The translations under genes were made by a program, and so were the position numbers. From a bacterium (GTDB lineage: Bacteria; Zhuqueibacterota; Zhuqueibacteria; Residuimicrobiales; Krinioviventaceae), in NCBI GenBank assembly GCA_963675755.2, contig CAXXMD010000002.1, forward strand, positions 96,001 to 160,000: a stretch of DNA of 64,000 bases, in the 5' to 3' direction. The notes under the pieces are model-generated. The model was not told where the DNA came from and ran no database searches. It was given only the letters and a program-made list of their open reading frames with translations. The first letter of the stretch is position 1, and every line of letters begins with the position of its first letter. Positions 1 through 10,460 of the stretch are shown here, piece by piece.

Positions 1-1
1 G

Positions 2-751
2 ACAAGTCCGAATAGTGGATTTATGCTTTATGGAGGAGATTTAATTAATCACGCAGGAAGTGATACAGAATGGCAAGGTTGGTTTGATGCCGGTTCGTTT
101 ATTTATGCAACCATTCCACAAATTATGACACCAGGGAATCATGACTACCAGGATTTGTTGCTTGATCCTCACTGGAACGCCCAATTTACGCTTCCCCAAA
201 ACGGACCAAGTGGACTTGCAGGGACTTGCTATTTTGTTGATTATGAAGATCTGCGTCTTATATCGATAGACTCTGCAACTGACGATGAGTTGGAACATGA
301 AACTGGAGTTGCAATGACAACACAGAAAATTTGGCTTGATTCTGTATTGACTCATAATACAAAAAAATGGACAATTCTAACAACTCACCTTCCGTTCTAC
401 TCTCCAAAAGAGAGTAGGGACAATCAACATCTCAGAAAACATTTTCAGCCAATCATTGAAAAACATGGCGTCGATATAGTTCTGACCGGTCATGATCATT
501 CCTATGGCAGAGGAACAGCATCTGATAATCCTGATATTAAACCGTCAATCGTATATGTAGTATCAGTATGTGGCCCCAAATTATATCCGGCGGGAGATAA
601 AGAATGGATGCAAAAGAGCATATCGTACACACAGCTCTATCAGGTAATTTCAATCGATAATAACATTCTTTCTTATAAAGCATATTCAGCAAGTGGGGAA
701 TTGGTTGATGAGTTTGTGTTGGAAAAAGATGATACAACGAAAAACAATTAA
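2..751 (+). CDS. Purple acid phosphatase-like metallophosphoesterase, C-terminal part (5' end outside window)
   Basis: Frame is open from base 2. Calcineurin-like motifs GGDLIN, PGNHD, THLPFYS and GHDHSY. Confidence 0.85.
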   Translation, partial: TSPNSGFMLYGGDLINHAGSDTEWQGWFDAGSFIYATIPQIMTPGNHDYQDLLLDPHWNAQFTLPQNGPSGLAGTCYFVDYEDLRLISIDSATDDELEHETGVAMTTQKIWLDSVLTHNTKKWTILTTHLPFYSPKESRDNQHLRKHFQPIIEKHGVDIVLTGHDHSYGRGTASDNPDIKPSIVYVVSVCGPKLYPAGDKEWMQKSISYTQLYQVISIDNNILSYKAYSASGELVDEFVLEKDDTTKNN

Positions 752-822
752 TTGATGTGTGTATAATAATAAATCCAGTAATACATTTGTTTAAAATGAA
801 ACTTGTAAAACCAGGAGCTGAA

Positions 823-2061
823 ATGAAAAAAGAAATCATAATCCTTCTACTAACTTTACTTTTTATTTCTGCATGTCAACGATCCAAGTCTCCAATAACA
901 ATTGATATATCTAGTAATTGGAGGTTCTCTCCTGATGAGAATAACATTGGCACATCTGAGAGTTGGTATTCCATTAATTTTGATGACTCTGACTGGGCAG
1001 TGATTGATGCCGGGAAGAGATGGGAAGATCTGGGTTATCGTGAATTGGATGGTTTTGGCTGGTATAGAAAAACCTTTGAGATCCCTGCGGACTGGAAGGG
1101 TAAAAAAATATGGTTAAGAATTGAAGCTGTTAATGATGCTTACGAGTTGTTTATAAATGGTAAAAGTGTTAGTTATTTTGGTTCAGCAAATATAAGTGTA
1201 GCAACAAGACCTACTTTTACAGAGATTAGCAAAAATGTCAAATATGGTGAAAGCAATGTTGTTGCAATCCAGGTTAATGATTGGGGGAACAGTGGAGGAT
1301 TGTGGAGGTTACCGGTTATTCTGACAACTGATGAAGAAAAAGCTACAAGTATTTTTAATCCAATGTCGGATACATGCTATACCGCCGAAAGTCTGGGCTA
1401 TCAACTCGTTTGGGAGGATGATTTTGACGGTGATAAACTTGATCCTGATAAATGGGATTATCGGGGTACCGGTCCACGCAGAATTGGCTACAACTCACCC
1501 GATGCAGTTAAAATTCATGATGGATTTCTGGAACTATTGGCAATTGAAAGCGGTGACAGTGTCAAGGCTGGAATGATCAGCACGATGAACCGTTTTATGC
1601 CTACATTTGGTTATTTTGAATGCCGTGCACAATTGCAAAAATCAAAGGGAGTGTGGGCTGCATTTTGGATTCAATCGCCCAAAATTTCACAGGGTGAAGA
1701 TCCTGCCACATTTGGTACGGAAATAGATATCTTTGAATATTTCAAAGAGGCAGGTGAAGATATGATTATGCATAATCTTCATTGGGCTTATGGACCTAAC
1801 CAGAAAACAATCGGAGGCAGGCAGAGCCATGTTGAAGGTCTTCATGAGGGATTTCACACGTTTGCTCTAGAGTGGACACCTGAAAAATATGCATTTTTTG
1901 TTGATGGATACAAGTTTTATGAAATTAAAGAAGCCATCTCTCATATTGAAGAAGAAATCATCCTTAGTATGGAAATACCGGCTACAATAGAAGCATTAAA
2001 AGAAACCGTCTTTCCCGACACTTTTAAAATAGATTGGGTCAGGGTATATCAAAAGAAATAG
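823..2061 (+). CDS. Lipoprotein: GH2-N-like sugar-binding domain fused to a GH16 glycoside hydrolase
   Basis: AGGAG precedes ATG 823 (the ORF track starts at 757). Lipobox ISAC. WRFSPD...GWYRK beta-sandwich. GH16 motifs LVWEDDFDG, GVWAAFW, catalytic EIDIFE, FHTFALEW and IDWVRVYQ. Confidence 0.88.
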   Translation: MKKEIIILLLTLLFISACQRSKSPITIDISSNWRFSPDENNIGTSESWYSINFDDSDWAVIDAGKRWEDLGYRELDGFGWYRKTFEIPADWKGKKIWLRIEAVNDAYELFINGKSVSYFGSANISVATRPTFTEISKNVKYGESNVVAIQVNDWGNSGGLWRLPVILTTDEEKATSIFNPMSDTCYTAESLGYQLVWEDDFDGDKLDPDKWDYRGTGPRRIGYNSPDAVKIHDGFLELLAIESGDSVKAGMISTMNRFMPTFGYFECRAQLQKSKGVWAAFWIQSPKISQGEDPATFGTEIDIFEYFKEAGEDMIMHNLHWAYGPNQKTIGGRQSHVEGLHEGFHTFALEWTPEKYAFFVDGYKFYEIKEAISHIEEEIILSMEIPATIEALKETVFPDTFKIDWVRVYQKK

Positions 2062-2097
2062 TTTGTTATACGTGTTTTTCAGGAGAATGGAGAAGAA

Positions 2098-4491
2098 ATG
2101 AATTTATTCAAACAGAGAGTAAACGGAATATTTCCAGTAATTTTATTTTTCGTAATATGTTCAACCTTGTTTGCGCAGAATAGCAGCGGCCCCGCTGATG
2201 CAAACAAATCAATCGAACAAATGGCAAAAGATATTGTATCACAAATGACGTTGGAAGAAAAGATCGGTTTGATTGTTGGTGACGGAAAATACTTGCCTGC
2301 TGTTGATCCCCAAACTGTTACAACAGAAACCGGTATGCTGGTGACCGATCATACGGTAAAACATTTAATTCCACGGTTGTCCATAAAATCCAGCACCATG
2401 TCTGATGGCCCGGCCGGTTTAAACAGAGAACCACGCAAAGAAGGACAAGAGGATTTTCATTATACCACAGCGTTTCCCACGGCGACTTGTTTGGCTTCAA
2501 CCTGGAATACTGATTTGGTAGAGCAGGTTGGCAAGGCGTTTGGTAATGAAGCATTGGAATATGGAATTGATCTTGTGCTGGGACCCGGCCTGAATATTCA
2601 TCGTAATCCTAAAAACGGAAGGGCTTTTGAGTATTATTCTGAAGATCCGTTACTTACTGGAAAAATGGCGGCATCGATGGTGAATGGAATGCAATCCTTT
2701 GGATCAGGTTCTACATTGAAACATTTTGTTGCCCATAATCAGGAAGCGAACAGAAGAAATTACAACGCGGTTATCAGCCAGAGAGCTTTGCGTGAGATTT
2801 ATTTGCGAGGATTCGAGATTGCGGTCAAGGAAGCAAGACCCAAAGCAATAATGACCTCCTACAATCGGGTAAATGGGGATTATACTGCTGAAAATCCCGA
2901 GTTGTTAGAGACTATTGTTCGTCAGGAATGGGGCTATGACGGCCTGTTGATTACGGATTGGGATGGAAACGGCAGTGCCGTGGCTAAAGTCAGGGCTGGT
3001 AAGAATTTGTTGATGAGTGGTAACAGGCAGGAATACAATGAACTGACATCCGCTATAAAAAATCAAACTCTGGATGAAAGTACTCTGGATGAAAATTTGG
3101 TCCAATTGATAAAATTCAAACTTGATTCTCCCCGGGAAAAGGGGCATAATCCATCAATGAATCCGGATTTAAAAGCCCATGCTGAAACGGCCAGAATAGC
3201 TGCAGAAGAAGGTATGGTATTATTAAAAAATGAAAATAATACCCTTCCCTTAAAAAAAGGGAAAAAGGTTGCCTTGTTTGGTAAAATCGGATATCACCTC
3301 ATTCCTTACGGTACGGGCAGCGGTTGTGTAAGGAGTTTTAAATATGCCGTATCAGTAAACCAAGGGCTCCAGTCAGCAGGCTTTAAGGTGTTGAAAGAGA
3401 TGGAGAAGGACTATGTCGCTTTAATAGAAAAAATAAAACGGGAAAATCTGGTACCACCTTATTTTGATACGCCCAAGCACCGCAAGGATAATGGTATTGT
3501 CGGGGATCAGGCTCCCAAACACTTTAAAGAGAGACTGGTTGCGTTTGCCAAAGAGCCCCAAATTCCTGTGGCAGATATTTTAAAATACGAAAATAATGCT
3601 GATGTTGCTGTAATAACCCTTGGCCGCAGCGCAGGTGAGAATTACGAAAACGGCTATCTTCCCATATCAGAAAATGAACTTGAATTGGTGAGAAATGTGA
3701 GTGCTGTTTTTCATGACGCTGGTAAAAAAGTTATTGTTGTGCTCAATGTTGGTGGTGTGTGGGAAACTGCCAGTTGGAGGGATTATGTGGATGCAATTCT
3801 GCTGGCCTGGCTGCCGGGCCAGGAAGGCGGACACGCAATAGCCAATATTCTGAAAGGTGATGTGAATCCATCCGGGAAACTGCCCGATTCATTTCCGCTA
3901 AAGTATGAGGATGTACCATCCGCAGAATATTTCCCCGGATTACCGGAGGAAGAACCCATTTATTCTCTCTATAACGATGGTATTTACGTCGGTTATCGGT
4001 ATTATGACTCTTTTGATGTTCCTACAGCTTTTGAATTTGGTTTTGGCTTGTCATATACTAGTTTTCAATATTCTGATTTTAAGTTGAGCAGTAATTCTTT
4101 TTCCAAAACTTTAACAGTATATGTAACCGTTAAAAATACCGGCAAAGTAGCTGGTAAAGAGATTGTTCAACTTTACTTGGCTGCACCATCTTCCCGGATG
4201 GAAAAACCGGTCCATGAATTAAAAGGCTTTGCAAAAACCCGATTGTTAAAACCGGGGGAAAGCCAGCAGCTTTCCTTTGAACTGGATGAGCGTGCCCTGG
4301 CTTCATTCTGGAGTGGAATTGATGCCTGGTTGGCAGATAAAGGTGAATATAAAGTGCAGATTGGTGCATCTTCTAAAGATATTCGCCTAGAAGCGTCTTT
4401 TAATTTAGCTCAAGATGTGATGGTTGAAAAAGTTAATGATGTTTTGTATCCCAACTATTTATTGAATGAGAAAAGTCGATTTGATAAATAG
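2098..4491 (+). CDS. Secreted GH3 beta-glucosidase with Fn3-like C-terminus
   Basis: Signal peptide; MTLEEK, SDGPAG, GRAFEYYSEDP, KHF, nucleophile motif ITDW, GMVLLKN and EIVQLY...ELKGF. Confidence 0.92.
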   Translation: MNLFKQRVNGIFPVILFFVICSTLFAQNSSGPADANKSIEQMAKDIVSQMTLEEKIGLIVGDGKYLPAVDPQTVTTETGMLVTDHTVKHLIPRLSIKSSTMSDGPAGLNREPRKEGQEDFHYTTAFPTATCLASTWNTDLVEQVGKAFGNEALEYGIDLVLGPGLNIHRNPKNGRAFEYYSEDPLLTGKMAASMVNGMQSFGSGSTLKHFVAHNQEANRRNYNAVISQRALREIYLRGFEIAVKEARPKAIMTSYNRVNGDYTAENPELLETIVRQEWGYDGLLITDWDGNGSAVAKVRAGKNLLMSGNRQEYNELTSAIKNQTLDESTLDENLVQLIKFKLDSPREKGHNPSMNPDLKAHAETARIAAEEGMVLLKNENNTLPLKKGKKVALFGKIGYHLIPYGTGSGCVRSFKYAVSVNQGLQSAGFKVLKEMEKDYVALIEKIKRENLVPPYFDTPKHRKDNGIVGDQAPKHFKERLVAFAKEPQIPVADILKYENNADVAVITLGRSAGENYENGYLPISENELELVRNVSAVFHDAGKKVIVVLNVGGVWETASWRDYVDAILLAWLPGQEGGHAIANILKGDVNPSGKLPDSFPLKYEDVPSAEYFPGLPEEEPIYSLYNDGIYVGYRYYDSFDVPTAFEFGFGLSYTSFQYSDFKLSSNSFSKTLTVYVTVKNTGKVAGKEIVQLYLAAPSSRMEKPVHELKGFAKTRLLKPGESQQLSFELDERALASFWSGIDAWLADKGEYKVQIGASSKDIRLEASFNLAQDVMVEKVNDVLYPNYLLNEKSRFDK

Positions 4492-4528
4492 TGGGAAGGT
4501 CCACCTCAAATGGATAATATCAATCTAT

Positions 4529-4547
4529 GGCGGGGCAATGCCCCGTC
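4529..4547. repeat. GC-rich hairpin GGCGGGGCA-A-TGCCCCGTC downstream of the GH3 gene (terminator- or REP-like)
   Basis: Inverted repeat read directly; no clean adjacent U-tract. Confidence 0.4.
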
Positions 4548-4997
4548 AAATTGATTTATAATGTAATGTACCTATCATTTTTTTTAGCGTTCATCTGTAC
4601 TCCAATTAATTAACCACCCGTTTTACTCGATAACTTTATAAATAGTAGGACACGCATAGATAAACGCGGCTTTACAACACTTTATAATACTATTGGAACA
4701 GATACCCGGCCTTTTTATAATCTTGCAATAGAAGGCTTGTCAGGTGAAAAACTATTTTATTGATTATTTTAACAATAATTACTATAATAAATCAACATTG
4801 ACAGATAAATACTGTGGAAGAAACCGGGGGGTTTGTTACCAGGTTAAGAGAATCAATTTGTCTAAAATCAAGTTTAGCCACTGTTTATAATCGAGTTTGA
4901 CATGATATTCATCGTTATAGATGAATAGTTTAGGTACTAGTTTTATTCTCATCAAAGAAAAACTGTCGAGTTACAGGTCTGTACTTGTAAATGAATT

Positions 4998-7205
4998 ATG
5001 AAAGAATGGGAAAGGATCAATATGATAGGAGCCGGGAGATTTGTTGTTGATAATTTAAAAAAACATCATAAGAAAAAAAATTTGCTAATGTGCTCAATCG
5101 TTTTAGCACTTTTATTAGCAATGTCTTGTGAGAAAAATATTCCAACATACACCATTGATTTGCAAAAAGACTGGCGGTTCTCTCCTGATCCCCAAAAAGC
5201 GGGCATGACTGAACAATGGTATTCGCTTGAATATGATGACTCTGACTGGGCAGTCATTGATGCGGGAAAACGATGGGAAGATCAGGGATATCCGGAGCTG
5301 GACGATTTGGGTTGGTATAGAAAAAAAGTGGATATTCCTAAAGAATTAAAAGGTCGGGATTTATGGATAAAATTTGCCGGTGTAAACGATTATTTCGAGT
5401 TATTTATTAATGGTAAAAGCGCCGGTTTATTTGGAACATCTTACTATTCTGTTGCAGGAAAGCCCACTGCTGCCAATATAACCGATTTGTTGGTTTATGG
5501 TGAAACGAATCTTGTTACTGTTAGAATAAATGACATTGCCGGAAGTGGTGGATTATGGAAATCCCCGGTGATCATAACAACTATAGATGTTGAGCAATGT
5601 ATAACCCGAAAATTTTCATTTGAAAAGAAATATTTGAATTTTCCGGTTAAAAATGGTGCTCCCTTACGTACCATCAAGTTATTAGTAAATAATGAAATTG
5701 AAAGAGAATTTTACATTGAATTAGCATCTGATGAACCCGATTATTGGGTCTATCTGGAAATCGATGAATTCAAAGGAAAAAAGGGTGAGATTGAAATTTT
5801 TGAACTCCCTCCGGAGAACAAAGATTTAGTAGATGCTATTTATCAGGACAATACCTTCCCGGGAGAAAATGAACTTTATCAGGAAAAGTACCGTCCGCAA
5901 TTTCATTTTTCATCAAAACGCGGCTGGCTGAATGATCCTAATGGATTGGTCTATTATGCCGGAGAATATCATTTGTTCTATCAACATAATGCTTTTGGAA
6001 CGGGTGAGGGCAGCAAATCATGGGGGCATGCGGTCAGTAAAGATCTGCTCCATTGGCAGGAGCTGGGTGACGCCCTTTATCCCGATGAATGGGGAACCAT
6101 GTTTTCCGGATCGGCAGTTGTGGATTGGAATAATACAACCGGATTTCAAACCGGAGATGAACCACCTCTGGTTACGATTTACACCAATGCTGGTGGAGAA
6201 AATCAGTGGTCAGCCGGTAAGCCCTTTACTCAGGGTTTAGCGTTTAGTAATGATCGTGGACGTACCTGGACCAAGTATGATGGGAATCCGGTACAGGGAC
6301 ATATTAATTCGGGTAACCGCGATCCCAAAGTGATTTGGTTGGAAAAGACCCAGGAATGGGTAATTGTACTCTATCTTATAGATGGAAGGATGGCATTTTT
6401 TACATCACCGGATTTGAAACAATGGGAACTTGGAGGCATATTGGATGCTTTTCACGAATGCCCCGAGTTGTTTCAGTTACCAGTGGATGGAAACGAAAAC
6501 AATAAAAAGTGGGTTTTGTACGGCGGCACAGGGGATTATTTTATTGGTGATTTTGATGGAAGTAATTTTTCAATTGAAAGCGATAAAATCCGTTACAGCT
6601 ATGGTGATGCCTTTTACGCATCGCAAACATTCAGCGATATTCCCCCAAAAGATGGTAGACGTATCCAGGTCGGTTGGGCTCGGATTGAGATGCCAGGCAT
6701 GCCATTTAATCAGATGATGAATTTTCCGGTAGAATTAACACTACATTCAACGAAACAGGGAATCCGCATGTTTGCGAATCCTGTCAGAGAAATTGAAAAG
6801 CTATATAAAAAGCAACATCATATTAAAAATGTAAAACTGGTACCGGGAAACAATCCAATATCACAAATCAATGGTGATTTGTTTGATATTACAGGAGAAT
6901 TTGCCGTTGGCAATGCAGATAAAGTAGGTTTTGAAATCAGGGGCGTTCCTGTTGTGTATGATGCCAGAAGGGGAGTCCTTTTAGTTAAAAACCAGTCAGT
7001 ACAGTTTAGACCAACAAACGGCAAGATCAAATTGCGGTTATTGGTAGACCGTACATCCATCGAGATATTTGTAAATGATGGAGAATATTATATGCCTGTG
7101 GGCTCAATTCCTGATGATGACAATTTATCATTACGAGTATTTGCCCAAGGTGGAACCGCGCACATTGTGAATCTGGATGTAAATGAACTGAATTCTGCAT
7201 GGTAA
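4998..7205 (+). CDS. Lipoprotein: GH2-N-like domain plus GH32 beta-fructosidase (levanase/inulinase-like)
   Basis: Lipobox LAMSC; GH32 motifs WLNDPNG, FSGS, RDPKV, ECP and YASQTF. True start uncertain. Confidence 0.9.
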   Translation: MKEWERINMIGAGRFVVDNLKKHHKKKNLLMCSIVLALLLAMSCEKNIPTYTIDLQKDWRFSPDPQKAGMTEQWYSLEYDDSDWAVIDAGKRWEDQGYPELDDLGWYRKKVDIPKELKGRDLWIKFAGVNDYFELFINGKSAGLFGTSYYSVAGKPTAANITDLLVYGETNLVTVRINDIAGSGGLWKSPVIITTIDVEQCITRKFSFEKKYLNFPVKNGAPLRTIKLLVNNEIEREFYIELASDEPDYWVYLEIDEFKGKKGEIEIFELPPENKDLVDAIYQDNTFPGENELYQEKYRPQFHFSSKRGWLNDPNGLVYYAGEYHLFYQHNAFGTGEGSKSWGHAVSKDLLHWQELGDALYPDEWGTMFSGSAVVDWNNTTGFQTGDEPPLVTIYTNAGGENQWSAGKPFTQGLAFSNDRGRTWTKYDGNPVQGHINSGNRDPKVIWLEKTQEWVIVLYLIDGRMAFFTSPDLKQWELGGILDAFHECPELFQLPVDGNENNKKWVLYGGTGDYFIGDFDGSNFSIESDKIRYSYGDAFYASQTFSDIPPKDGRRIQVGWARIEMPGMPFNQMMNFPVELTLHSTKQGIRMFANPVREIEKLYKKQHHIKNVKLVPGNNPISQINGDLFDITGEFAVGNADKVGFEIRGVPVVYDARRGVLLVKNQSVQFRPTNGKIKLRLLVDRTSIEIFVNDGEYYMPVGSIPDDDNLSLRVFAQGGTAHIVNLDVNELNSAW

Positions 7206-7353
7206 TAAATTTTACTATCAAATGGCTAAATTGGTTATTAAGTAAATTAAAATGATATTCCAGCATAACCATAAATTTTCTAATAAAATTGGTAAAAAAA
7301 AAGAAATAAAAATTAAAAAACACTCACTGATTAATTAAACGGAATAATAAAGT

Positions 7354-10275
7354 ATGAGACACACAATAAAAGTATTGCTAATATTGATTGTTTTCTTTTA
7401 TGGTTGTACAGAAGCGAAAAATTCAAAAATTCAATGCTCTGGTATTGATTATACTAATTATGTCGATCCTTTTATTGGAACCGGCGGGCATGGACACACA
7501 TTTCCGGGCGCAATGGTTCCGTTTGGTATGGTACAGCTAAGTCCAGATACACGTATGGAAAATTGGGATGGTTCTTCAGGGTATCATTATTCGGACAAGA
7601 CCATAATGGGATTTAGCCATACTCACTTGAGTGGTACTGGTGCACCGGAATTTTGTGATATATTGCTAATGCCTACTACCGGCCAGGTGAATGTGTTGGT
7701 TGGGGATGAGAATGATAGCAGCACTGGTTATCGTTCAAAGTTTAGTCATAACAATGAAAGCGCATCGCCGGGATATTACAAGGTGTTCCTGGATGATTAT
7801 CATGTAACGGCTGAATTAACAGCTACAACACGGACCGGATTTCATCGATATATTTTTCCCAAGTCAGATTGTTCCAATATAATAATAGATTTAAAAAATC
7901 GTGACAGAGTAATTGATTCGAAATTAAACATAATAAATGACACTGAAATATCTGGTTTTAGACGTTCAATTCGCTGGGCAAAAGACCAGCATGTTTATTT
8001 TTACGCAAAATTTTCAAGGCCATTTAAAAATTACGGTATCGCGGTTGACGACAAAATAATTGATAACGTGAATACAGCCGACGGTACAAATGTCAAAGGA
8101 TATGTGACGTTCAATACAAATAAAGATGATGTTATTTTAGTCAAAGTTGGTATTTCAACGGTTAGCATTGAAGGCGCTAAAAAGAATCTGGAAGCCGAAA
8201 ATAAAGGGTGGGAATTTGATAATGTAAAAGCCAATGCTAATGAGTTATGGAAAAAACATTTATCAAAAATTGATATAACAGGTGGTACTGAAAGGGAACG
8301 TAGAATATTTTATACTTCACTATATCATACAGCAATGGCTCCCATTACCTTGAACGATGTGGATGGAAGTTACCGCGGAGTTGATAGAGAAATTCATAAA
8401 GTTAATGATTTTACAAGATATACGGTTTGGTCGCTGTGGGATGTATTCAGGACCCAAATGCCTCTTTATAATATTATTGAGCCGTCAAGGATGAACGAGT
8501 TTATAAAAACCTTTCTAGAAATCTATAAAAATGGTGGAAGACTACCTCATTGGGAAATATGGGGTGAATACTCTGGCTCCATGATCGGCCATCATTCACT
8601 TCCCATTATTTTAGATGCTTATATTAAAGGTATTCGTGATTATGATGTAAATATGGCCTATAAAGCAATGAAAAATCAAGTGGACCATAGCGGTTATTAC
8701 GCAAGATTGGGGTACATTCCTGCTGATAAGGCTGGAGGCTCGGTTTCTATGGTTATGGAATATGCCTATAATGATTGGTGTATTGCAGAAATGGCAACGA
8801 TAATGGAAAATGACGATGATTATAAAATTTATCAGCAGCGTGCTCAATTTTATAAAAATATGTTTGACGAATCAACAGGATTTATGCGTCCTAAAAATAG
8901 TGACAGAACCTGGGTAACTCTGTTTGATCCGGCAGAAGGTTCTGAGCATTTTGTTGAGGGCAATTCTTTTCAATACAGTTTGTTCGCGCCCCATGATATC
9001 AATGGTTTGATTAATTTAATAGGTGGTGATGAAAAATTTGAAGCGTGGCTGGATCAGCTTTTTACTTTTAAATCAAAGTATGATGAAAAAGCAGTGGATG
9101 CAACAGGCTTAATTGGTCAATACGCGCATGGTAATGAACCGAGTCATCATATGGCATATTTGTATAATTATGTTGGTGCGGCACCTAAAACTCAAAAAAT
9201 GGTCCGCCAGATTTTGGAAACAATGTATGATGATAAACCGGATGGATTAGAAGGAAATGAAGATTGCGGGCAAATGTCGGCCTGGTATATTTTAAGCGCG
9301 ATGGGATTTTATCCTGTTACACCTGGTTCTCCAATTTATAATATTGGAACTTTTATATTTGATAAAGTAACAATCAATCTTGAAAACGGAAAGAAATTTG
9401 TAATTGAGGCCAAAAATGTATCGGCTGATAATTATTACATTCAATCTTTATCGCTTAATGGAAAGCCTTTTACTAAATCATGGTTTAATCATAGTGATAT
9501 TGTGGATGGCGGTCACTTTGTTTTTGAACTTGGTCCCACTCCTAATGAAAATTGGGGGAAAGCAAAAGAAGCGAGGCCTTTTACAAAAGAGTTTCTACCT
9601 ACAGTTTCTATGCCTTTTATTGTAACTGATGATAATAAATTCATCACTACTGCTAAAGTTAAGCTGGAATGTGATACGGAAGGCTCAAAAATATATTATA
9701 CGATTGATGGCTCTGAACCCAACGATAAATCCATTATTTATACGGGTCCTTTTCAATTGGACAAAACGACCGATCTAAAGTTTAAAGCATTTAAAAAGGG
9801 ATTACTGCCAAGTTTAACGGTAGCTGAAAAATTAGAAAAAATAGAATTTGAATCATATACAAATTATAAAGGGCTTAATTTAAAAAAAGGATTGAAATAT
9901 AAATATTATGAAGCCAGTGTGATGTTTGTTGATGAGTTAAAAGACTATGAGCCGATATCTGAGGGTATCGTTTCCAGCTTTAATATTGAAAAGAGAACTC
10001 GTGATGCTTATTTTGGTTTTGAATACGATGGATATATTAAAATTGCCAAAGAAGGTAAATACACTTTTTCCAAAAAAACGAATGATGGCAGTATTCTCTA
10101 TATTGATGGAAAAGAGTTTCCCAGCGGACGCACAGTAGCAATGAAAAAGGGAATATACAAAATATCTGAAAAGTATTTTCAAATGGGAGCACGTTTTTGG
10201 AATATAGTAAGCTGGGAAGGGCCTGGAATTCCTTATCAGGAGATACCCGCAAATGTCCTTTTCCATGAAGAATAA
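7354..10275 (+). CDS. GH92 alpha-mannosidase with Fn3/chitobiase-like and PA14 domains (lipoprotein)
   Basis: YVDPFIGT, HTFPGA, VQLSPDT, GFSHTHLSGTG, SLWD, EGN, HGNEPSHH and GNEDCGQMSAW. C-terminal IYYTIDGSEP and a PA14-like NDGS motif. Confidence 0.93.
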   Translation: MRHTIKVLLILIVFFYGCTEAKNSKIQCSGIDYTNYVDPFIGTGGHGHTFPGAMVPFGMVQLSPDTRMENWDGSSGYHYSDKTIMGFSHTHLSGTGAPEFCDILLMPTTGQVNVLVGDENDSSTGYRSKFSHNNESASPGYYKVFLDDYHVTAELTATTRTGFHRYIFPKSDCSNIIIDLKNRDRVIDSKLNIINDTEISGFRRSIRWAKDQHVYFYAKFSRPFKNYGIAVDDKIIDNVNTADGTNVKGYVTFNTNKDDVILVKVGISTVSIEGAKKNLEAENKGWEFDNVKANANELWKKHLSKIDITGGTERERRIFYTSLYHTAMAPITLNDVDGSYRGVDREIHKVNDFTRYTVWSLWDVFRTQMPLYNIIEPSRMNEFIKTFLEIYKNGGRLPHWEIWGEYSGSMIGHHSLPIILDAYIKGIRDYDVNMAYKAMKNQVDHSGYYARLGYIPADKAGGSVSMVMEYAYNDWCIAEMATIMENDDDYKIYQQRAQFYKNMFDESTGFMRPKNSDRTWVTLFDPAEGSEHFVEGNSFQYSLFAPHDINGLINLIGGDEKFEAWLDQLFTFKSKYDEKAVDATGLIGQYAHGNEPSHHMAYLYNYVGAAPKTQKMVRQILETMYDDKPDGLEGNEDCGQMSAWYILSAMGFYPVTPGSPIYNIGTFIFDKVTINLENGKKFVIEAKNVSADNYYIQSLSLNGKPFTKSWFNHSDIVDGGHFVFELGPTPNENWGKAKEARPFTKEFLPTVSMPFIVTDDNKFITTAKVKLECDTEGSKIYYTIDGSEPNDKSIIYTGPFQLDKTTDLKFKAFKKGLLPSLTVAEKLEKIEFESYTNYKGLNLKKGLKYKYYEASVMFVDELKDYEPISEGIVSSFNIEKRTRDAYFGFEYDGYIKIAKEGKYTFSKKTNDGSILYIDGKEFPSGRTVAMKKGIYKISEKYFQMGARFWNIVSWEGPGIPYQEIPANVLFHEE

Positions 10276-10342
10276 TGAAAAAATATGTGTGCAAATGCGA
10301 TAACAATAGTTTAATCAATATTTGTAAAGTGAGTTTCAGTTT

Positions 10343-10372
10343 TAGGTCGGGTCAGTTTCTTTTGACCCGGAC
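10343..10372. repeat. REP-like hairpin TAG-GTCGGGTCA...TGACCCGGAC
   Basis: Intergenic imperfect palindrome preceded by TAG, as in GTAG-type REPs. Confidence 0.45.
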
Positions 10373-10460
10373 GATATATAGGCAAATAAGCATGAATCAA
10401 AAATTGGCAGGTAATTAAAAAAATAAAACTGATATTTTACGATCAAAAGAGGATTTGAAA

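Noticed and set aside
4492-4997. Hidden ncRNA or repeat array in the 500-bp spacer (recurring CTTTATAA-like words)
   Set aside because: The words are short, irregularly spaced and expected in AT-rich DNA. I recognised no riboswitch or ORF; an Rfam scan would be needed to exclude one.
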